A stretch of 59,773 bases of DNA from Thainema sp. (GTDB lineage Bacteria > Cyanobacteriota > Cyanobacteriia > Phormidesmidales > Phormidesmidaceae), in the NCBI GenBank assembly GCA_052168235.1, contig JBQLZK010000047.1:1-59773 (forward strand). The letters are read 5' to 3'. A program made the position numbers and the translations under genes. This document shows positions 53,569 to 59,773 of the stretch, piece by piece. Within the stretch, counting starts at the first letter, position 1. Each line of letters opens with the position of its first letter. A model generated the notes under the pieces. That model was not told the DNA's origin and did no database searches. It saw only the letters and a list, made by a program, of their open reading frames with translations.

Positions 53569-54444
53569 TCAGTTCCACATCAGCCGATCCAGCCCTGGTC
53601 GGAACCAGGCAAATCGATCCTTGCCGCGCTCACCCGCTTTGTCTAAGGCTTCTCTAGCCGAATCTAGCAGTTGAGCCGAACTTTCAACCGGATGCGTGGT
53701 ATCGGCCAAGGAACCGCCTACACTGGCATTGACTTGAACCCTAGCGCCATTGTTGAGCGTGATCGATAACTCATTCAAGGTTGCCCGCAGCATTTCCCCA
53801 TAGTCAGCGGCCACCTCAGCCTCTAATCCGGGTGTAATGCAGGTGAATTGCTGCCGACCATCGCAGTGCAGCCAGCTTTCAGGGTAGGACTTGGACTCGA
53901 TGGCCTGTGCGATCGCATGTAGCACCGGATCAGTAACAGGCAATGTGCTATGGCCATCTTCTGCCTGCACTTGGTTAACGCGAATGACCAGAATACTGAG
54001 TGACTGGTAGCGAGAATTGTCCGGTTCTTGCCTCATCCGCTGCAGCAAATACTGCGTCACTTGCGGTACTGTACTTTGACTCATCAAGCCTGTGACGGGC
54101 TCAATCAAACCAAAGACATCCAGCCGAGTTTTGACCTGCTGCTGTAGCTCATCCACCATCTGTCCCTGCTTGGATAAATCTCGCTCTCGATTGCGAACTT
54201 CTTCCTTGGCCTGCTCCAGGTGTCGCTTCTGATGGGATACCTGCAAATTGCGTCGGATAATGGCGGGGATGCAAACTAGCAAACCGACTAATACTCCAAT
54301 CGCCAGCGTGACCAGCAGCACCAGGGCGAGAGAATTCTCAAACTGGAGGGCTAGGAAATTCACGATGACCGGATCGGGATTTTGCAGGGCAAAGATGATG
54401 GCCCCAAGCGCGATCGCAATTGCAGCAATGATGAAAAGCAGCAT
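53569..54444 (-). CDS. LapA (DUF1049) membrane domain fused to a degenerate GGDEF domain
   Basis: IFALQN..PV.V.FL...F..SLALVLL; coiled coil; EPVTGL, ASVG, LL..A..AL..A...GKDRF; signature replaced by DGRQQF. Confidence 0.75.
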   Translation of the reverse strand: MLLFIIAAIAIALGAIIFALQNPDPVIVNFLALQFENSLALVLLVTLAIGVLVGLLVCIPAIIRRNLQVSHQKRHLEQAKEEVRNRERDLSKQGQMVDELQQQVKTRLDVFGLIEPVTGLMSQSTVPQVTQYLLQRMRQEPDNSRYQSLSILVIRVNQVQAEDGHSTLPVTDPVLHAIAQAIESKSYPESWLHCDGRQQFTCITPGLEAEVAADYGEMLRATLNELSITLNNGARVQVNASVGGSLADTTHPVESSAQLLDSAREALDKAGERGKDRFAWFRPGLDRLMWN

Positions 54445-54488
54445 GAGTTAACGTTTTGGCTCAACTAATGGCTCAATTGATGGTTGAT

Positions 54489-54908
54489 TTACGGCTCGAT
54501 TTTAACCGATAGGATCTTGTCACCCTGACGAATGGCATTCACGACATCCATATCCTCGGTTTGACCAAACACGGTGTGCACACCGTCTAAGTGCGGCTGA
54601 GGACTATGGCAAATGAAAAACTGGCTGCCACCTGTATCCCGACCGGCATGGGCCATCGATAGCGTTCCGGCCAAGTGCTTGTTTTGATTGATTTCGCACT
54701 TGATGGTGTAGCCAGGACCACCTCTGCCCGAACCTTGGGGACAGCCGCCCTGAATCATAAAATTTGGGATAACACGATGGAAATTTAAACCATCATAAAA
54801 TCCCGATTCAGAGAGCTTGACAAAATTTTGAACGGTATTTGGCGCGTCCTGGTCAAACAGTTCCAGATTGATGGTGCCCTTTTCCGTTTCCATAATGGCG
54901 CGGGTCAT
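54489..54908 (-). CDS. Cyclophilin-type peptidylprolyl isomerase
   Basis: [47 protein letters not shown]. Confidence 0.96.
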   Translation of the reverse strand: MTRAIMETEKGTINLELFDQDAPNTVQNFVKLSESGFYDGLNFHRVIPNFMIQGGCPQGSGRGGPGYTIKCEINQNKHLAGTLSMAHAGRDTGGSQFFICHSPQPHLDGVHTVFGQTEDMDVVNAIRQGDKILSVKIEP

Positions 54909-55367
54909 AGAATCTCCTTGAAGGATATTGTCAGAATCTAGTCGTGTTTTTAAATAATGATGGCCAGTTAAATAGCTAGTTAGACAGCCAGTTGTGACTG
55001 CCAACTAACTGCCAACTGATTGCCAATGGTGTGGGCTCTGCCCATACAGCCAACCATCACCTTTTTGAAACCGACTAGATATCCGTATTACCGTATTAGA
55101 CGATAATCGACGCGCCAACCTTCCGTCTAGAACTGCGTCAAATTGTTTATTTTTGACCGAGGCTCTAGCACCATCACACCAGAGATATTTCTAGAGTTAG
55201 CACTAGCATCTGTCTTAAATCATCTGTCAGAAGCCAGATATAGAGCAGAATTCGGCGGAGAAGACCGAAATTGCCGTCGCAAGACACGTTGGATCCGGGC
55301 TGCTTTGTTACACTAACCGATAGTGACGCAATCAGCCCTCGTTCTGAGCACAGTTTGGAAGACAGTT

Positions 55368-55913
55368 ATGGCTCAATCCCCGCCCATCGTGCCTGAAGAA
55401 ATGACGTTTCAACAGGCGATTAGTATCAGCCAAGAGCTGTTAGACCAAGCCGATCAACATACTTATTCAGAAGCCGAACTGCAAACCGCGATCGCAACTT
55501 TAGTGGCTAGCGAAAACGGCGCACGAGGCTTTTTCGTTACCTATCTCACTGGAGACAGCCCGCTGGCCGATCAGCCCACTCCGGCCATTCTGACCGCACT
55601 GGAACAGTCACCACAGATTGTGGCCGAACTGTTGGTAAAAAATTTAGCGATGTCCTCGGCTATGGCAGTCGCCCATCGACGAAACGAGAAGCAGGAACTG
55701 GCAGCAGGTTCTGAACGAGTGAAGCGACGTACTCAACATCTAATGCAGCAGTTGGACATCGCCGACCTTGCAGCGCGAGCCCGAGCCTTACAGACTAGCG
55801 CCCAAGGCGGACAGGGCGACTATGCTCAATTTCTGGATCGCTGGGGATACGATGCTGAACAGCGCCAGGTGATCGATCAGGCATTTGAGCAGGTTTTGAC
55901 CGAACCCGTTTGA
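55368..55913 (+). CDS. Conserved cyanobacterial hypothetical protein
   Basis: NGARGFFVTYLT, LLVKNLAMS, FLDRWGYD. Confidence 0.8.
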   Translation: MAQSPPIVPEEMTFQQAISISQELLDQADQHTYSEAELQTAIATLVASENGARGFFVTYLTGDSPLADQPTPAILTALEQSPQIVAELLVKNLAMSSAMAVAHRRNEKQELAAGSERVKRRTQHLMQQLDIADLAARARALQTSAQGGQGDYAQFLDRWGYDAEQRQVIDQAFEQVLTEPV

Positions 55914-55943
55914 TCTATCTAATTTAGTTTTAACCGGCATCAT

Positions 55944-56138
55944 CTAAACAGCTGCGCCAGCCTGATTCGCCGTATAGGAACTTTGCAGTGCGATCGCATC
56001 TTGATAGGAGGTCAAAAAGTGATCGATGCGATAGCGATAGGGCGAAACCCGATCTGTGTAAGCCGGTGCAGACTCAATCACAGTCAATATCCAGCCCTTG
56101 GGTGTCTGTTTAATACAAGTGCGAATCTCAGCATCCAT
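55944..56138 (-). CDS. Small hypothetical protein
   Basis: 64-aa ORF with plausible composition; no family recognised. Confidence 0.4.
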   Translation of the reverse strand: MDAEIRTCIKQTPKGWILTVIESAPAYTDRVSPYRYRIDHFLTSYQDAIALQSSYTANQAGAAV

Positions 56139-56428
56139 TTCCAAAACCGTTCTGAACCCGAACTTAAATGCCGTCGGTAGAAATTGATCATAGTCCAGAG
56201 CAATGTCTGGAATCGCGAACTTTAAGCCTGAATTTAGACTTGATTAAACCCCAAATTTACAGTGCAAATTCACTGGTAAATTTACTGTGTCAAATCTTTA
56301 GCTACACCTCAACCAAGGGATCGGATTTTAAGGATTGCTACACTGGAACTTAAGCACGATTAGAGCACGATTCTGCTGTTGTCACCCAACAGGTCGTTGC
56401 CCTCATCCCACACTCAACCTTGACCAAA

Positions 56429-57046
56429 ATGGATATTTTAATCGCGCTGTGTATTGGGATTGGCCTCAGTGCAGCGACTGGGTTTCGCATTTTTATTCCA
56501 CCGCTGCTAATGAGCGCGGCTGCCGTCACGGGGCACTATACGCCACCGAACGAACTAACCTGGATGGCGACTCAAACCGCCTTGATGGCCTTTGCGGGAG
56601 CCACTGCAGTTGAAGTCATCGCCTACTACATCCCCTGGATCGACAATCTGCTCGATATGGTAGAAGTGCCTTTAGCCGCGATCGCAGGTACAGTTCTAAC
56701 GGCAGGTATGCTGTCCGGTGCCGTGACAGACAGCTTTCCCGAACTTAGTCCGCTGATTCTGTGGACAGCCGCAGCCATCGTCGGGGGTGGCACCGCAGCC
56801 GCAACGGAAGGGGCAACGGTCGTCACGCGTCTCGCTTCAACTGCAACGACGGGAGGTCTCGCCAATCCCGCTCTATCCACGGCGGAAAATCTGAGCGCCA
56901 TGATCATGACCTGGCTTGCGATCGCAGCTCCCATTTTGGCGTTAGGCTTGGTCGTCTTCGTCATCTGGTATGCCGTTACGCGCGGCATCCGTCTGCTAAC
57001 CCGTCGTCGCGCCCATTCCGCCTCGCACAGTCAAGAGTTTTACTAA
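56429..57046 (+). CDS. DUF4126 membrane protein
   Basis: GIGLSAATGFRIF, E..AYYIPWIDNLLD, STATTGGLANP..S..E. Confidence 0.9.
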   Translation: MDILIALCIGIGLSAATGFRIFIPPLLMSAAAVTGHYTPPNELTWMATQTALMAFAGATAVEVIAYYIPWIDNLLDMVEVPLAAIAGTVLTAGMLSGAVTDSFPELSPLILWTAAAIVGGGTAAATEGATVVTRLASTATTGGLANPALSTAENLSAMIMTWLAIAAPILALGLVVFVIWYAVTRGIRLLTRRRAHSASHSQEFY

Positions 57047-57056
57047 GTCAGAATGT

Positions 57057-57155
57057 AGCGCTTCTTGCGCTAGTAAAGGGAGATTAATCTTTGAAAGCCG
57101 CGCGAAGCGTGGCTTTCAAAGATTAACTTGTACCTCAGTAGCCTAGGAAAGGCTA
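57057..57155. repeat. TAGC...GCTA MITE-like element with a 20-bp-arm palindrome (57084-57126, one mismatch)
   Basis: TTAATCTTTGAAAGCCGCGC-GAA-GCGTGGCTTTCAAAGATTAA; core resembles the 4694 palindrome. Confidence 0.75.
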
Positions 57156-57333
57156 CAGTCCAAGCACTTCTTGCTCCGAATGAACTAAGCCGATGTCCGC
57201 TATATTGCAGCAGACATCGGCTTTGGCGATGTCTTGTGAACTTGGCCCGTCGTGTAGACAATCAACAAACTCGAATCTCTGCTGGTATGATGCGAGGCTA
57301 GTCATCACTCGACAGCGAAAGGAGCGACGCGCT

Positions 57334-57783
57334 ATGCAGTACTGGTTAATGAAATCGGAACCCGATGCCTACAGCATTGACGACCTAGAACGCGATCGCA
57401 CGACCCTCTGGGACGGTGTGCGCAACTATCAGGCCCGTAATTTTCTCCGGACAGCGACAGTTGGTGATCAGGCCTTTTTCTACCATTCCAATACCAAACC
57501 ACCCGGCATCGTTGGCCTGATGCAGGTTGTTGAAGCCAATATCGACGATCCAACTCAGTTCGACGCTAGCAGTAAGTACTACGACCCCAAGTCCACACCT
57601 GACAACCCGCGCTGGCAAACCGTACGGATGGAATTTGTCGAACGTTTTGCCAATGCGATTACGCTTGACCAATTGAAAGAAAAGTTTGATCCCGAAGAAC
57701 TCCAGGTGGTGAAACGCGGCAATCGGCTTTCGGTCATACCCATCGAACCAGAGGTAGCCAAGCGCATTCTCAAGCTGCTGTAG
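57334..57783 (+). CDS. EVE domain protein
   Basis: YWLMKSEP, WDGVRNYQARN, FFYHS, YYDPKS, RLSV; RBS AAGGAG. Confidence 0.95.
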   Translation: MQYWLMKSEPDAYSIDDLERDRTTLWDGVRNYQARNFLRTATVGDQAFFYHSNTKPPGIVGLMQVVEANIDDPTQFDASSKYYDPKSTPDNPRWQTVRMEFVERFANAITLDQLKEKFDPEELQVVKRGNRLSVIPIEPEVAKRILKLL

Positions 57784-58162
57784 CCATCTGCATCTGCCAA
57801 GCTGGTCGTCATGGGCGAACCCATGTGCAAACCATGTTAAGCGTGACCTGGCGATTTTGTAACGATGAATGAACTGAATGAGGAATCAAGCTGCGACAGG
57901 CGCGATCGCACTTAGGTCAACTTGAGCTGATGCCCAATTGCCTCGGATGCCAACCTGATAGGTCTTTTAAGCAATTTTATCTATGGGTAAGTTTAGAAAA
58001 TTGCGATCGCAATTCTAAAAATCCATCCCGCTTAGGTTGCAAAAACGATTAAACTTCATTTCAACTTTTAAAGTTCTATCTGCCAGAACCCATTAAGCAT
58101 GTTAAGTTCAGTATCGTTGCCAAACAGTTCAAACGTCATTCGATAGAGACTAGAGTTCTGTT

Positions 58163-58384
58163 ATGCCTTTGTCTTCTAACCATTCCATTACCGATCCGAT
58201 CGCTGATCTATCAACTGCATCTCGTGAAGATTTTCGTGACTATGTTGCCCATCTTCAACTTCATATGGCGCTACAAGCACGCAATCTAGTTCCAGGACTC
58301 CACCATTCTGCCGATAGCCGTCAAGCTCTTCTACACCAAGCGCAAGCTGATGTAGAGAAGCTGGCCTCTCGTCAGGCTTGGTAA
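58163..58384 (+). CDS. Small conserved cyanobacterial hypothetical protein
   Basis: DYVAHLQLHMALQARNLVP...DSR..LL.Q.QA..EK..SR. Confidence 0.75.
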   Translation: MPLSSNHSITDPIADLSTASREDFRDYVAHLQLHMALQARNLVPGLHHSADSRQALLHQAQADVEKLASRQAW

Positions 58385-58537
58385 GTGACTTGTCAATAAA
58401 GCGTTATCACTAGGGAAAGAAGGTGTTAACCAAGTTTGCGATCGCACCCGATTATCGGTGCCGCAGCTTGCTTAGCACCTTTTTCTTATTTATATCGATG
58501 ATGTTCATTAACAAACTATATCAAACCCAGAGAACAT

Positions 58538-58556
58538 AGATCTTATGTACTATAAT
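58538..58556 (+). promoter_or_regulatory. Putative LexA box abutting a -10 element
   Basis: Reverse complement AGTACATAAGATCT fits the Anabaena consensus RGTACNNNDGTWCB with one mismatch; TATAAT at 58551-58556. Confidence 0.45.
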
Positions 58557-58591
58557 AATACAACTAGTCCTAAAAGGTAGATGCTAGCAAA

Positions 58592-59383
58592 ATGTCAAGC
58601 AGCAACACTGGTATTGAATGGACTGACAAAACTTGGAATCCGACTACAGGCTGCAATAAGATAAGCCCTGGTTGTCGTCATTGCTATGCTGAAGCATTGA
58701 CAAAGCGATTTCCTAAAAGTTTTCCTAAAGGGTTCAATCTGACACTTCATCCAGAACGACTGGAGCAGCCCAAGAAGTGGCGAAAGCCCAGTCGAATATT
58801 CGTCAACTCCATGAGCGATCTTTTTCATAAAGACGTGCCTCCTGACTATTTACAGGAGATTTTTACAGTAATGCGAGATACCCCTTGCCATATATACCAA
58901 ATTTTGACTAAGCGTTCCCAAAACTTGGCAGAACTAGCACCTATGCTTGAATGGTCTGAAAATATATGGGTTGGTGTATCTGTAGAAAGCCAAGAGTACA
59001 TTCATAGAGTTGATAATTTAAGGCACGTACCCGCAAGAGTTCGTTTTCTTTCCTGTGAACCTCTTTTGGGTCCACTCGATTTAAATCTAGAGGGAATTGA
59101 CTGGGTAATTGTTGGTGGGGAGTCTGGGTTTCAACATCGCTTTATGAATCCAGACTGGGTTAGAGATATTCTACATCAGGCACAAGCAGCCAATGTTGCA
59201 TTCTTCTTCAAACAGTGGGGGGGACGTCACTCAAAAGCTGGTGGACGAATGCTGGATGACTGCACTTGGAATGAAGTGCCAAATGCTTGGCATACTCATT
59301 TTGATAAGTGGCAAAAACAAAAAATTGTTAGGCATCAAAAGAACAGTAGGTTAGAACAGGAGTATTCAGTCTCTGCTAGATAA
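58592..59383 (+). CDS. DUF5131 / phage Gp37Gp68 family three-Cys (radical-SAM-like) protein
   Basis: IEWTD.TWNP.TGC.K.SPGC..CYA (Cx6Cx2C), IFVNSMSDLFH, LTKR, FLSCEPLL, IVGGESG, FFFKQWGG. Confidence 0.93.
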   Translation: MSSSNTGIEWTDKTWNPTTGCNKISPGCRHCYAEALTKRFPKSFPKGFNLTLHPERLEQPKKWRKPSRIFVNSMSDLFHKDVPPDYLQEIFTVMRDTPCHIYQILTKRSQNLAELAPMLEWSENIWVGVSVESQEYIHRVDNLRHVPARVRFLSCEPLLGPLDLNLEGIDWVIVGGESGFQHRFMNPDWVRDILHQAQAANVAFFFKQWGGRHSKAGGRMLDDCTWNEVPNAWHTHFDKWQKQKIVRHQKNSRLEQEYSVSAR

Positions 59384-59396
59384 AGAGAGTCTAACC

Positions 59397-59756
59397 ATGA
59401 GTCGGTTTGGTAGCGAAGGTGAGGATATCATTGGGCGATGGTCGGAGGAAAAGCTGGATTTACTGGCACAGTACCTTCAATCTTACTCCGTCATCATGAA
59501 CAATCAAAAAACCTCAAACAATCCCACGGGAAGACCTTGGCTTAGAGCTTACTATTACATTGATGCTTTTGCTGGTTCTGTTAGACCTAGAGCTAAAGAG
59601 GACGAGCAGCGATATATTGACGGTTCTCCTCTCAGGGCATTACAAACAGAACCTCCATTTGATGGCTATTGGTTTGTAGATGTTTCTCTTCGGCGAGTAG
59701 AAAGAGTAGAAAGGCTGCGTGGTTCTTCCGGGTTTAAGGTGAATTTCGTATACTAG
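59397..59756 (+). pseudogene. tcmP: Three-Cys-motif partner protein TcmP, apparently truncated
   Basis: G.WSEEKL.LL..YL..Y, YIDAFAG, GSPLRAL; similarity appears to stop near 59720 and the ORF is only 119 aa. Confidence 0.75.
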
Positions 59757-59773
59757 GCGACAACCAGTAGACT
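59721..59773. mobile_element. Possible IS terminal repeat (IS6-like) at the window end
   Basis: GGTTCTTCCGGGTTTAA starts where the tcmP frame loses plausibility; no transposase is visible in the window. Confidence 0.4.

Noticed and set aside
1..59773. CRISPR array, tRNA or rRNA genes
   Set aside because: No regularly spaced repeats with unique spacers, no cas genes, and no cloverleaf or rRNA signatures recognised.

Overview
Chromosomal window from a cyanobacterium, probably a filamentous Leptolyngbya/Oscillatoriales-like strain. Evidence is the abundant HIP1 octamer GCGATCGC plus psbK, ndhF1/ndhD1, clpP3/clpR, trxC and cyanobacterial hfq. Most of it is core housekeeping (cimA, dapF, lipA, asnS, coaBC, cobO, carA) plus a PPIase-HlyB-HlyD type I secretion cluster. 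A decayed IS5 transposase sits at the left edge. At the right edge an AT-richer, HIP1-free segment carries a DUF5131 (three-Cys, radical-SAM-like) / TcmP gene pair, with a LexA-like box at its promoter; tcmP appears cut by an IS end. Read directly from the sequence and absent from the ORF track: a ynfA pseudogene, a probable sRNA (PsrR1-like), and about ten sequence-unrelated intergenic palindromes with 17-26 bp arms (six exactly 22 bp), several nested in MITE/REP-like elements. Also notable are a CHAT-CHASE2/DUF928 pair, a second ferrochelatase-like protein with a His-rich tail, and a LapA-degenerate GGDEF fusion. No rRNA, tRNA or CRISPR array was seen. All family assignments come from motif recognition and memory; no database searches were run.
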